55,610 bases of DNA from a virus (Duplodnaviria; Caudoviricetes), in IMG/VR virus record IMGVR_UViG_3300032069_000013, positions 1 through 55,610 of that record; one strand, 5' to 3'. Shown here piece after piece: positions 16,163-25,917 of this stretch. A model generated the notes under the pieces. That model had not been told where the DNA came from. It was given only the letters and a program-made list of their open reading frames with translations, and searched no databases. Positions within the stretch are counted from its first letter, which is position 1, and each line of letters starts with the position of its first letter. Both the position numbers and the translations under genes were made by a program.

Positions 16163-17067
16163 AACTAGAATTAAAAACCTGTGTATATTGTAAACAATCT
16201 TTGCCGATAAATTTCTTTAATCGAAATCGGCTTCCTGGATTACGGTGGGCTTGGTGTAAAGAATGTGAGAAAAAGTATAATTTTTACGAGAACAGAAAAG
16301 GAAAAGAATTTTCTCATATACTCAGTTTCTCTGGCGGAAAAGATTCTACTGCAATGCTTCTGCTCATGCTCGAAAAGAAAATGAGGATAGATGCAGTTGT
16401 TTATTTTGATTGCGGCTCTTTTGAGTTTCCTCAGATGGCCGAGCACATCGAACAGGTAGAAAAATATACGGGAATGGAAATAATTAAAATAAAACCGGAA
16501 CATGACTTTGGCTGGTTACTGAGTAATAATCCTAATCCTGGTTCAAAGAAACAGGAAAATGGTTGGCCGACATCCTTGATGCGTTGGTGTACTATGATGA
16601 AAATAAATGGTATCAGGCGTTATATGCGTTTATATAGGCCATATTACCTGTATATCGGATATACTGTGGACGAAGTTGAAAGAATAAATAAGGCAGCGGA
16701 TCATAGCCATAATTTAATATTCAGCCATAAACAGATAAATAAATATCCACTCTATGACTGGAATTTGTCTGAAAAAGATTGTTTAAATTACTGTTTTAAA
16801 AAGGGTTTTCATTGGAATGGATTGTATAAACATTTTAATAGAGTGAGTTGTTTCTGTTGTCCTTTACAAAGAAAAGAAGACCTAAAAAAGTTATATAAAT
16901 ACTATCCAGAATTATACAATCAAATTAAAGAATGGAATAAATTAACCTGGAATCATTTTAAGAATGATCCGGACATTTTTAATAAAATAGAATCGGAGAT
17001 CAGGTATGGCAAAGATTTCACGAGAAGTATATGTAGAAGCAAAAAATCAGAAACTACCATTAAGTAA
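16159..17067 (+). CDS. PAPS reductase-family (PP-loop) protein
   Basis: SFSGGKDSTAM, RWCT..KI, YIGYT.DE..R, YPL.DW, RVSCFCCP; start moved to ATG 16159 (ATGA overlap). Confidence 0.85.
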   Translation: MKLELKTCVYCKQSLPINFFNRNRLPGLRWAWCKECEKKYNFYENRKGKEFSHILSFSGGKDSTAMLLLMLEKKMRIDAVVYFDCGSFEFPQMAEHIEQVEKYTGMEIIKIKPEHDFGWLLSNNPNPGSKKQENGWPTSLMRWCTMMKINGIRRYMRLYRPYYLYIGYTVDEVERINKAADHSHNLIFSHKQINKYPLYDWNLSEKDCLNYCFKKGFHWNGLYKHFNRVSCFCCPLQRKEDLKKLYKYYPELYNQIKEWNKLTWNHFKNDPDIFNKIESEIRYGKDFTRSICRSKKSETTIK

Positions 17068-17176
17068 AGTAGCAGAAATGAATGGAGTTACCAGACAAGC
17101 GGTATTTCAGATGTTTAAAAAATATGAAAATGAGGATAAGCTAAAATTGATAAAAAAGTCTTCTAAAAAAGTATAG
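17006..17176 (+). CDS. Small HTH DNA-binding protein (56 aa)
   Basis: GGAG RBS; manual translation ...LPLSKVAEMNGVTRQAVFQMFKK... is a classic helix-turn-helix. Confidence 0.6.
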   Translation: MAKISREVYVEAKNQKLPLSKVAEMNGVTRQAVFQMFKKYENEDKLKLIKKSSKKV

Positions 17177-17236
17177 CAGTTTTATAGCATCGTCATTACA
17201 TACAAATTTACATATAGATGTTTATTTTATATGTAA

Positions 17237-17680
17237 ATGGACACAAATAATCCTCCTTTAAAAGACTCAAAGTTAAGCGAAGATACTTCGAAGAATAAAC
17301 TTACAGGAAAAGCACGTTCTCTTGCCAACCTAAAACCGCATAGAAAAGGCGAACCTACACCAAATCCTTATGGCAGACCTAAAGGCGTAACCTTCGAGGA
17401 AACCTTTCGCAGACACCTCGAATTAGTTCCCAAAGCCAGCGAATTAAAGAATTTACAAAAGATATTTCCTCAAATTAATCTTCAGGGATTGACTGCCCGT
17501 GACCTTATGTGCATACGCGCTATAACCAAAGGCATATCAGGAGATGACCGTTGTCTGGATATTATTATGAAGCGTCTCGAAGGGCTTCCGAAACAGTCCA
17601 TCAAAATCACTCAGGAAAATGCTAATAGACAATACTCTATCTCGAATGATTTTCTTCCAGAGGGAGAATCTAAAAAATGA
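17237..17680 (+). CDS. Terminase small subunit (DUF5681-like N-terminus)
   Basis: SLANLKP..KG...NPYGRPKG motif; immediately precedes the large subunit. Confidence 0.7.
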   Translation: MDTNNPPLKDSKLSEDTSKNKLTGKARSLANLKPHRKGEPTPNPYGRPKGVTFEETFRRHLELVPKASELKNLQKIFPQINLQGLTARDLMCIRAITKGISGDDRCLDIIMKRLEGLPKQSIKITQENANRQYSISNDFLPEGESKK

Positions 17681-18927
17681 TTTCCCTTATGGAATCGGAA
17701 ATAATACAACTCAATAAATATCTTAACCACAAACATAGAGCTCTTTTCCAGAGTAAAGACGAAATTCTTTTAGTCAGGGGAAGTACAGCAGCAGGTAAAT
17801 CATATTCGATAGCGGATAAACTTTTGTTAAACGCTGTCATACAACCGGAAAGAAAGATTCGTATTCTGGTTATGAGAAAAACATTACCTTCATTGCGTGC
17901 TTCCGTATTACCTATTCTGCAAGAAAGAGCCGAAAAGGTTTTCCATCTTGATTTTCACATAAACCGTTCTGTATGGACGGCTGATTGTGATAATCTCGAA
18001 TTTATTTTCTTATCTGTCAATACGCGCGAGGATTTTGAGAAGTTGAAGTCAATAACCAATATTGATTTTATATGGATAAACGAATTGCCTGGTATACGAC
18101 AAGATGATTTTGATGAAGCCATGCGAAGGATGCGTGGAGGCGAATCGTTTTATAATCAATGTATCGGAGATTTTAATCCTGTAGGTAAATTCTCATGGGT
18201 ATATCGGGAGTTTTATGAGAAGGATTCTTATAAACACAATGCTTTGAAATATACTATCGAAGATAATCACCCTGATTTTTTAAGACAGGAAAAGACTAAA
18301 AATCTTATTGCACGTCTTGACAAATTGAAAGAGACTAACCCGAACGCTTATAAAATTTACAGACTTGGAGAATGGGGCGATCTGAAAGGAATCATATTCA
18401 ACTGGCATGTAGAAGAACTTCCTGAAATTGGATTCGATGACATATTCTACGGACTTGACTTTGGTTATTCTATTGATCCGGCTGCTCTGGTAAAGATATA
18501 TCGAAGATCAGATAAGTTTTGGGTACAGGAACTTATTTATGAGACTGGTTTGACTAATCAGATGCTGGCAAAAAAGATGATTGATTTAGGAATAGGTGTA
18601 AATGATGATTGCTATGCCGATAGCGCCGAACCGAAAAGTATTGATGAATTAAACAGCGAACCGTTCAATTTGAATGTAAAGCCGTGCGATAAAGGGCCGG
18701 ATTCCGTACGCAAGATGATAGATACCTGCTTGGGAATTACCATTTATATCGTTGACGGAAGCGAAAATATAGTCAAAGAACATAATATGTATGTCTGGAA
18801 AGAAGACAAAGACGGACACAACTTGAACGAGCCTGTATCGGTTAATGACCATTTAATGAAAGCCATACAGTACGGAATCTGTACGCATTGTAAACGGATA
18901 CGCTTGCCTGGATTCGAGGTATTATGA
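17677..18927 (+). CDS. terL: Terminase large subunit (PBSX-like)
   Basis: GSTAAGKS, WINE, FNP, YRLGEW, GLDFGYS.DP, ADSAEPKSI, NDHLM.A..Y. Confidence 0.92.
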   Translation: MISLMESEIIQLNKYLNHKHRALFQSKDEILLVRGSTAAGKSYSIADKLLLNAVIQPERKIRILVMRKTLPSLRASVLPILQERAEKVFHLDFHINRSVWTADCDNLEFIFLSVNTREDFEKLKSITNIDFIWINELPGIRQDDFDEAMRRMRGGESFYNQCIGDFNPVGKFSWVYREFYEKDSYKHNALKYTIEDNHPDFLRQEKTKNLIARLDKLKETNPNAYKIYRLGEWGDLKGIIFNWHVEELPEIGFDDIFYGLDFGYSIDPAALVKIYRRSDKFWVQELIYETGLTNQMLAKKMIDLGIGVNDDCYADSAEPKSIDELNSEPFNLNVKPCDKGPDSVRKMIDTCLGITIYIVDGSENIVKEHNMYVWKEDKDGHNLNEPVSVNDHLMKAIQYGICTHCKRIRLPGFEVL

Positions 18928-21056
18928 GATTTACAGAAAAGATTTTTAATAGATTAGGTTACGAGAAGAAGGAACAAACTTCTGCTAAGATAGAAGAACT
19001 AAAACTGATTTACGAAAGAATGTACTATACAGTCGGTAACAATCTACTTGGATATTATAAACATTGGGTATACACCTGTGTAAATAAAATAGCGCGTCAG
19101 GTTTCATCCTATCCTTTTAAATTATATACGATGAAACGACAAGGAAAACATTTAAGAGGAGGCGTTCTAAAGTCTTTTGTAAAAGCAAACAAGGAACAAT
19201 TAAAATCAGCAGAAATTGACAAAGTAGAAATAGATAATCATCCTTTTCTCGATCTGATAAATGATCCTAATGATATTACTACCAGACGTGCTCTGATAGA
19301 ACATATCATGATTAATCTGGAATTGGACGGTTATACCGCTCTGTATTTACCGAAAGGAAATTTAAATCTTCCTTTCCAGTGCTGGTATCTGCCTTTGACA
19401 AATTCAGGAATCATAACTCCGATAGTAAAAAATAATACTATTGAGAGCTTCACTTATCAAGATGGGACTACCAGTTTGACAATACCTGCTGATGAAATTA
19501 TTTACATAAATTATCCGCATCCGAAGAATCCTTTCTACGGAATGTCGCCTATTCTTTCTCAAACGTATCCGTATGATATAGACGATTATCTCAGTAAACA
19601 TATTTATTCGATTTTTAAAAACGGAGCTACGTTCGGGAATCACTTTACAACAGATCAACAGCTAAAAGGTAAACAAGTAGATGATTTAAAAGAGTTGATA
19701 AACTCACAGTATCAGGGTGCATTAAACGCAGGTAAACCTATTTTTACGCATAGCGGATTGAAACTTGACAATACACCTTTAAAAAGTCCGTTAAGTGATC
19801 TGGCAATAGAGCAGATCACTACGTATGCGCGAGATAAGATCATAACCAGTTACGATATGCCTCCTGAAAAATTACTTCCTAAAAATATCAACAGGGCTAC
19901 AATGGAAGTAGTAGACTCCATGTTTATCACTGATTGCATACTTCCTAAAGTAAATTTCATAGAAGAATATATTCAACGATACATTCAAAAAACATACGAT
20001 ACTGCTTTGATTCTGGAAATAGTAGTACCGATACCGAAAGATAAACAATTTGATTTACAAGAGAGACAAATCAATCTCAGTACTGCGTATACAACGGTTA
20101 ATGAAGAAAGGGCAAAAGAAGGACGCGAACCGGTCGAATGGGGAGACGTGCCGCTAGTGCCTTTTAGTCTGGCTCCTTTAAGCGAGAAACAACAGACGGC
20201 CTCTTTTCCAGTGAGTGAAAAAAAATCTTTTCAAAGACCTAAAAAACGGATATGGAAGTTTAAGGATCATTCCAATACCATGAAGAAATTATTGCAATCT
20301 CCCTGGGAAAAGGCAATGAAACAGTATTTTGAACAAGAATATAATACTTTACAAAAGAAACTTAATTCTCATGGAAAAAGCATACAGGAGACTTTAAAAG
20401 GCTGGAATATCAATAAGAAAAGTAAATGGATCAAGGATAATATAAAGCAGCTTGATGATATAAATATCAGTCCTGTAGAGGAAGAGAAAAGACTAATAGA
20501 GATAGCACGAGGATTGTTTTATCATTGCTTTACAGAATACGGAAACGCTAAACTAAAATTATTCGGAATCAATGAGCCGTATGAAGTCAGTAATCCGAAA
20601 GCCGAGTCCTGGTTATCTTCGCGTTTACGTAAATTCAGTAAAGAGATTACCGGAGTGACTTTTGATGAAGTACAGTCGATTTTAAGAGAAGGTTTTAAAG
20701 AAGGTCAATCAATTTACGAAATAGGAAAAACTCTAAGAGAGAAATTCGAGTCTTATGATAAATACAGAGCCATGACCATAGCGCAGACGGAAGTAAATAG
20801 TGCATGCAGCTTTTCCGAGCTCGATGCTATGCAACAAAAAGGGCTTGACAGTAAGTTAATGAAGTTTTGGATAAATGAATATAATGCTCGTGATACGCAT
20901 ATACAAGCAGGAAAAGACTATAACGAAAACAATGCAATAACTCTGGATGAGGATTTTAATATAGGAGCGGATATTATGCAAGCTCCTGGAATGGGTACTT
21001 TACCGGAGGAGAATATTTCGTGCCGATGTAATTTGGCTTACGTGGAGATAACCTGA
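18924..21056 (+). CDS. Portal protein fused to a head morphogenesis (Mu gpF/SPP1 gp7-like) domain
   Basis: HK97-type portal motifs (WVYTCVNKIA, YGMSPI, TVNEERAKEG..PVEWGD) followed by RAMTIAQTEV, K.W...ARDTH, ENISCRC. Confidence 0.85.
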   Translation: MRFTEKIFNRLGYEKKEQTSAKIEELKLIYERMYYTVGNNLLGYYKHWVYTCVNKIARQVSSYPFKLYTMKRQGKHLRGGVLKSFVKANKEQLKSAEIDKVEIDNHPFLDLINDPNDITTRRALIEHIMINLELDGYTALYLPKGNLNLPFQCWYLPLTNSGIITPIVKNNTIESFTYQDGTTSLTIPADEIIYINYPHPKNPFYGMSPILSQTYPYDIDDYLSKHIYSIFKNGATFGNHFTTDQQLKGKQVDDLKELINSQYQGALNAGKPIFTHSGLKLDNTPLKSPLSDLAIEQITTYARDKIITSYDMPPEKLLPKNINRATMEVVDSMFITDCILPKVNFIEEYIQRYIQKTYDTALILEIVVPIPKDKQFDLQERQINLSTAYTTVNEERAKEGREPVEWGDVPLVPFSLAPLSEKQQTASFPVSEKKSFQRPKKRIWKFKDHSNTMKKLLQSPWEKAMKQYFEQEYNTLQKKLNSHGKSIQETLKGWNINKKSKWIKDNIKQLDDINISPVEEEKRLIEIARGLFYHCFTEYGNAKLKLFGINEPYEVSNPKAESWLSSRLRKFSKEITGVTFDEVQSILREGFKEGQSIYEIGKTLREKFESYDKYRAMTIAQTEVNSACSFSELDAMQQKGLDSKLMKFWINEYNARDTHIQAGKDYNENNAITLDEDFNIGADIMQAPGMGTLPEENISCRCNLAYVEIT

Positions 21057-21057
21057 T

Positions 21058-21396
21058 ATGAAAATAAAAGAAGGTGTCAAATTATCAGACCTGAGTCTTG
21101 AAATGTATCCGGCAGTATGCGAGACTAATAAAGTCTATGAGATGTTCGGATATGAATTGACAATTACAAGTACAGCAGACGGAATACACCAAGCGGACTC
21201 TTTACACCCTTTCGGATATGCTTTCGATTGTCGAATAAATGATATAAAAAAAGAGGATATACAGAGGGTTTTTAACACACTTATGTATAGATTATCAGTA
21301 TTAGGTTATCAGGTAATACTTGAGACAGATCATATTCACATAGAAGACGAAGAGACGAAAGATAAGATTTATGAGTACAGAAATAACAAAGCCTAA
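21058..21396 (+). CDS. Peptidase M15-like (zinc) endopeptidase, probable lysin
   Basis: ITS..DG.H...SLH..G.AFDCR and DHIHIE zinc-ligand pattern. Confidence 0.7.
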   Translation: MKIKEGVKLSDLSLEMYPAVCETNKVYEMFGYELTITSTADGIHQADSLHPFGYAFDCRINDIKKEDIQRVFNTLMYRLSVLGYQVILETDHIHIEDEETKDKIYEYRNNKA

Positions 21397-22579
21397 GCCG
21401 GAAGAGAATGAAACACAAGAGGAATTTATCGGTCGCTGTATACCGATAATGATTGACGAAGGAAAACCGGAAGATCAAGCGGCAGCGATATGTCATTCAT
21501 TATGGGAAAACAGAAATAAGACTACAGAGAAAGGTATGACAGAACAAACACTTATCTTCAGTAAATCAAAGTTTACAAAAGAAGAAGCAATTTCATGGGC
21601 AAAATCTCATGATTTTAAATATAATTCAGTCAGAGAAACTTCCGATTCATGGAGATTACGTCAACGTCCGCCAGAGGATTTTGACCAATCTACTTTCAGA
21701 ACTATAACTTTATCTGAAGGAATCAGTGCCGTAATAGGAAAATTAAAACAGGAGAAAGGCCTTAACAATATGAGCGAAAAATTCATTACTAAATTTTTAA
21801 CAGGCGAGATAAAAAGTCATAATGACGAAAAGATGATTATTGAGCATTTTATCTCGACAGAATCCGTTGACAGAAGTAAAGATATTATGCTGGCGGAGGG
21901 AATGACAATGGACGGTTGGCCTGTAGTACTTCAGGAACATGGTTATGGTACTATGGGTTATGAACCGATAGCGAAATGTTTAAGTCTGTCTGTAGGCACT
22001 AATGATAAAGGCATTAAGGGAATCATAGCAAAAACACAATATTACGACGGTTCCGGTTTGACTCCTCCCGATAATACGGGACAGCGCCTTTACGAAAAGG
22101 CAAGAGACGATTTTATGCCTTACTTTTCTATTCGTTTCCGTGATCTGGAAAGCGAACCGAAAGAGGATGGAGGTGTTTTTTATAAACGCTGGCTGCTTAT
22201 GGAATATTCTCAAGTCGGTATACCAGACAATATCGAAGCTGCCGTAAGAAAATCAATGACTGACAAAGATATACAAGAGAAAGGCCAGGACATAATTAAA
22301 TATGTCATTCGTAAAGAAGATATAAAAACAGAGTATATTTATAAACCGGAAGATTTTAAATCTTTGACGGAATCTCTCAATAAAATTATTGAGAAAGTGG
22401 ATGCCTTATCGGTGTCATTTGCTGAGTTAAAAAACCCGATTGAAAAATCTATCGACATACCGAAAGAGATTCCAAAGAATCTTACTATGTCTATGGAAGA
22501 TTTGAAACGATCCGTCAAAGAAGCAGTAACGCACGAATTTGCAAAAGAATTTAACAAAATGAAAGGAAAGGTTGTTTAA
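21371..22579 (+). CDS. Prohead protease (HK97-type) with N-terminal extensions
   Basis: ISTESVDRSKDI, PVVLQEH, FSIRF, LMEYSQVGIPDN; lies between portal and capsid. Confidence 0.8.
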   Translation: MSTEITKPKPEENETQEEFIGRCIPIMIDEGKPEDQAAAICHSLWENRNKTTEKGMTEQTLIFSKSKFTKEEAISWAKSHDFKYNSVRETSDSWRLRQRPPEDFDQSTFRTITLSEGISAVIGKLKQEKGLNNMSEKFITKFLTGEIKSHNDEKMIIEHFISTESVDRSKDIMLAEGMTMDGWPVVLQEHGYGTMGYEPIAKCLSLSVGTNDKGIKGIIAKTQYYDGSGLTPPDNTGQRLYEKARDDFMPYFSIRFRDLESEPKEDGGVFYKRWLLMEYSQVGIPDNIEAAVRKSMTDKDIQEKGQDIIKYVIRKEDIKTEYIYKPEDFKSLTESLNKIIEKVDALSVSFAELKNPIEKSIDIPKEIPKNLTMSMEDLKRSVKEAVTHEFAKEFNKMKGKVV

Positions 22580-22580
22580 T

Positions 22581-23927
22581 ATGCCGGACACTCAAACAAA
22601 ACCCGATCCTGTTACAATCACTCCTGAGATAATCAAGGGTATAGTAGCAGAAGCTATAAAGGACGCTCCTCTTCCTGTAATAGAGGAACTGAAGACGCAG
22701 GTCAATGAATTGAACCGGAAAACGGTATTTCCGTTTCTTGACGGCGCATGGGGAACCGGAGAAGCAGAATCCATGCAAGGTGGAAAAGGCTCTGTAATTG
22801 ACACAAGCTATTTCTCTAAGAGTTATCATAGAAAAATGGGAGTGCGTCAGGATGGAATTGCACTCGGTCAACAGCTTTGCAGAATGGGCGGTCCCTTTAA
22901 ACGCCTTTCTCCAGAGTTAGAGACTTTCGCAAAATTCATCAAAGTCTCTAAAGGAGATGTTTATAAAGCAATGTCTGCTGGTATTGATGTGAAGAAATAC
23001 AATGAAATTATAACCGAACATTTAAAACAGGCCGGAATGTCCGAGGGTATTCTTGCTGATGGTGGCGCTCTTGTTCCGATTGAGTTTTACACCAGTATTG
23101 TCGAGTTTGCAATTGCTCAGAGTAAAATACTCAGTCAAGTATGGCGTCTGCCCATGACTTCGAATATACTGCGTATTCCGAGACTTCAGCAGGCGGCAGG
23201 CGCATACTTCGGCGGAATAACTCTTTATACTCCTGGCGAGGGTGAAGAGAAACTTTCAACAAAACCGGCTCTGGAAAGATTGACATTCGAAGCAAAAAAA
23301 TTAATAGGTCTTGTGTACTTGACAGACGAACTTGTAGCGGATTCGTTTCTCAATATCATCAATTACTTGTTCGGACTTTTTACTCGTGCTTTTCAATATG
23401 AGATGGAACGCAGAGTAATTGCCGGACTCGGTACAGCCATAGGCGGGCCGTGTCTTGGTATTATAAATGATCCGGCTGTTAATGTGGTAGCGCGCGCTAC
23501 TGCAGGTACAATCACTTATCGGGACGTTATCAATCTCGATTCGGCTCTGGACGAAAACTTCAGCAATCTTACATGGCTTACTCGTAAAGCCACGCAGAAC
23601 TGGCTCATGAGTCTTGTTGACAACGCAAACAGACCTATTTTCCTTGCGGATTACAGTGTATTCGCAGGTCAACCGATTCACCCGCCAGCGCTAATTTCTT
23701 ATCCAGTTACCAGAACAAGGAATGTTCCGGTAATAGGAACTAAGGGTGATCTGATTCTTGGTGATTTGTCGTTTTATCTATTGACTATCAGACAAGACTT
23801 GACAATAGACCAGAGTAATGCTCCTCGGTTTATCTACGATGAGCAAACGCTTCGGTTTGTTATGAGATTTGACGGTGCACCTGTCGTTTCTATTGCATTT
23901 GCTCTATTAGGGGACGTTTCTTCGTAG
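22581..23927 (+). CDS. Major capsid protein (HK97 fold)
   Basis: DGGALVP.EF, GEGEE, S/T.ELV.DS, D.ANRPIF, ILGDLS.Y, R...RFDG. Confidence 0.9.
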   Translation: MPDTQTKPDPVTITPEIIKGIVAEAIKDAPLPVIEELKTQVNELNRKTVFPFLDGAWGTGEAESMQGGKGSVIDTSYFSKSYHRKMGVRQDGIALGQQLCRMGGPFKRLSPELETFAKFIKVSKGDVYKAMSAGIDVKKYNEIITEHLKQAGMSEGILADGGALVPIEFYTSIVEFAIAQSKILSQVWRLPMTSNILRIPRLQQAAGAYFGGITLYTPGEGEEKLSTKPALERLTFEAKKLIGLVYLTDELVADSFLNIINYLFGLFTRAFQYEMERRVIAGLGTAIGGPCLGIINDPAVNVVARATAGTITYRDVINLDSALDENFSNLTWLTRKATQNWLMSLVDNANRPIFLADYSVFAGQPIHPPALISYPVTRTRNVPVIGTKGDLILGDLSFYLLTIRQDLTIDQSNAPRFIYDEQTLRFVMRFDGAPVVSIAFALLGDVSS

Positions 23928-23947
23928 TACTCCTTTATGTTAGGATT

Positions 23948-23982
23948 GACAGTCCGGTTATGGACAGCCGGACTGTCTTTTT
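23948..23982 (+). terminator. Intrinsic terminator after the capsid gene
   Basis: gacagtccgg...ccggactgtc stem followed by ttttt. Confidence 0.8.
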
Positions 23983-23990
23983 AAAAACTT

Positions 23991-24641
23991 ATGTATCAGA
24001 TATTAAAAAACAATTGGAGATATGTATACATATGCGAGGATGAACCGAAAGAAAATCCTTTTGGTAGTGGTATATTTATTCCACTTGAAAATAGTATTGA
24101 TTATGCCTATATTTGGGATAACGAAAATAAAATAATTATTTGTTTTTGTGGTACTAAAAATGATGAAGCCTGGCTCAATGATTTTACTATACATGACTTT
24201 TATGAGGATTTTCCAAGTGTTCATGCAGGATTTTACAAGGGCTGGATGGAATTTGAGAAACCTATATTTGATTATCTGAAAAATAATGTCAATCCTGAAT
24301 TGACAATAGAATATAAAGGTTTTTCAAGAGGTAGTGCTCTTTGCACATTAGGAGCCTATTTTACTAAAAAAAAATTAAAAAGAAAAACAGAAAATTATAA
24401 TTTTGCGAGTCCGCGTGTAGGATTGTATTCTTTTGTATTAGCCTATTCTGATATGTTAATTCCAACTATACGAGTAGTCAATGGTTGGGATATGATTTGT
24501 GAAATGCCAACTACGTCTATGGGTTTTTATCATATAGGTACTGAAAGAATCTGGCTGGAACAACCTGTTTATCACAAGTATTTTTATAAAATCCGTGACC
24601 ATAAACCGAATAGTTATAATAAAGCTATAATAAATTTATGA
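23991..24641 (+). CDS. Lipase class 3-family alpha/beta hydrolase
   Basis: FCGT, VHAGFY, GFSRGSAL nucleophile elbow, FASPRVG, RVVN..D, DH. Confidence 0.8.
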   Translation: MYQILKNNWRYVYICEDEPKENPFGSGIFIPLENSIDYAYIWDNENKIIICFCGTKNDEAWLNDFTIHDFYEDFPSVHAGFYKGWMEFEKPIFDYLKNNVNPELTIEYKGFSRGSALCTLGAYFTKKKLKRKTENYNFASPRVGLYSFVLAYSDMLIPTIRVVNGWDMICEMPTTSMGFYHIGTERIWLEQPVYHKYFYKIRDHKPNSYNKAIINL

Positions 24642-25669
24642 ACTCTTTACTTTGTGAATATACTGAAGAAAGTATGTCAAAGAAATACGGCAGAATAACA
24701 TTACCTTTACATAAAGCTTTACAACTGGAAACTGAAGGGAAGGTAAAGATAATAAACAAAAACGATAATATTTTAAAAGTAATTTCAGATTACAATAAAA
24801 AAACTAATGATACTGTTTTAAAAAATAGAATAGACAGTAAAAAAAAAGTCGCCTGGGTACAGGATAATTCTAAAACAGGCGGAGCCGAAATCAGTAACGC
24901 ATATTTACGGGAACTAGGAAATCAATTAGGTTTTTACATAGAACTAATCACGCCTCAAAAATTTGATTATTCTTTTTTATTAACATGCGATATAGTCATT
25001 ATAAATAATTTTTATGAATTTGAAAACGAGCAGTATCAAAAAATATATAAAGTAATTTATGAATTGAGAAAACCATATATTAAATACGATCATGACCATA
25101 GAGAAGTAAAACGACCTCATTTATCAAGACAATTATTTACCTTATCGAAAAAAAACATATTTTTTTCTCCAGCGCATGAAAAACTTTTTTATTCTTCTCT
25201 TGGAGAACATATAAAACAACATTCTATAAGACTGCCTGTAGCTATTGATATTAATAAATACGTTAATAAAAATTTACAAAGAGAAAAAGATTCAGTTTTA
25301 GTGCCTTGTCTCAGAAAATGCTTAAATAATTTCAAATTTTACTACGAACAGAATAAAAATAAAAAATATACCGTTATTCTTGACGGAATTTCTAATATTT
25401 ACAGAGGAGAAAAAGAAATAAAATATCTGACACGGGTAAATCAAGACATGATGATAGATTTGTACAATGCACATGAAATAGTTTATCATTGTCCTGATAC
25501 TTTTTGGGCAGGCGAAAGGGTTATTTTTGAGTCTGTACTTTGCGGATGTCAATACATATCGAATGATAATGCCGGACATACTTCATGGAATTTTAATACT
25601 GATAGTATAAAAGTAATATTAAGTAAAGCAAACTATGATTTTTGGAAGGTGGTAGAAAAATGTCTGTAA
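24638..25669 (+). CDS. GT-B glycosyltransferase-like protein
   Basis: GGAEIS, FFSPAH, LYN.HE, AGERVIFESVLCGC. Confidence 0.7.
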   Translation: MNSLLCEYTEESMSKKYGRITLPLHKALQLETEGKVKIINKNDNILKVISDYNKKTNDTVLKNRIDSKKKVAWVQDNSKTGGAEISNAYLRELGNQLGFYIELITPQKFDYSFLLTCDIVIINNFYEFENEQYQKIYKVIYELRKPYIKYDHDHREVKRPHLSRQLFTLSKKNIFFSPAHEKLFYSSLGEHIKQHSIRLPVAIDINKYVNKNLQREKDSVLVPCLRKCLNNFKFYYEQNKNKKYTVILDGISNIYRGEKEIKYLTRVNQDMMIDLYNAHEIVYHCPDTFWAGERVIFESVLCGCQYISNDNAGHTSWNFNTDSIKVILSKANYDFWKVVEKCL

Positions 25670-25917
25670 ATCCTGAGATAATCGATGCGGTTACAGTAGC
25701 TATGAGCGGTGTGATTGTTCTTACTTCTACAATAGTAATTGACAGATACAGAACTAAAAAATCGAATGGTGATAGAAAATCTGAAAACGCCGGAAGAGAA
25801 AAAGGTTTGTGTGATGCACATATAAATTTACTCAGTACTATTACCGAAATGAAAACTGATATTCGATGGCTTGTTTCGGAGATAAAAACCAATGGTGGAA
25901 AAAATAAATTTCATTGA
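25660..25917 (+). CDS. Small single-TM protein (holin-like candidate)
   Basis: Hydrophobic N-terminus, EMKTDIRWLV coiled C-terminus. Confidence 0.4.
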   Translation: MSVNPEIIDAVTVAMSGVIVLTSTIVIDRYRTKKSNGDRKSENAGREKGLCDAHINLLSTITEMKTDIRWLVSEIKTNGGKNKFH

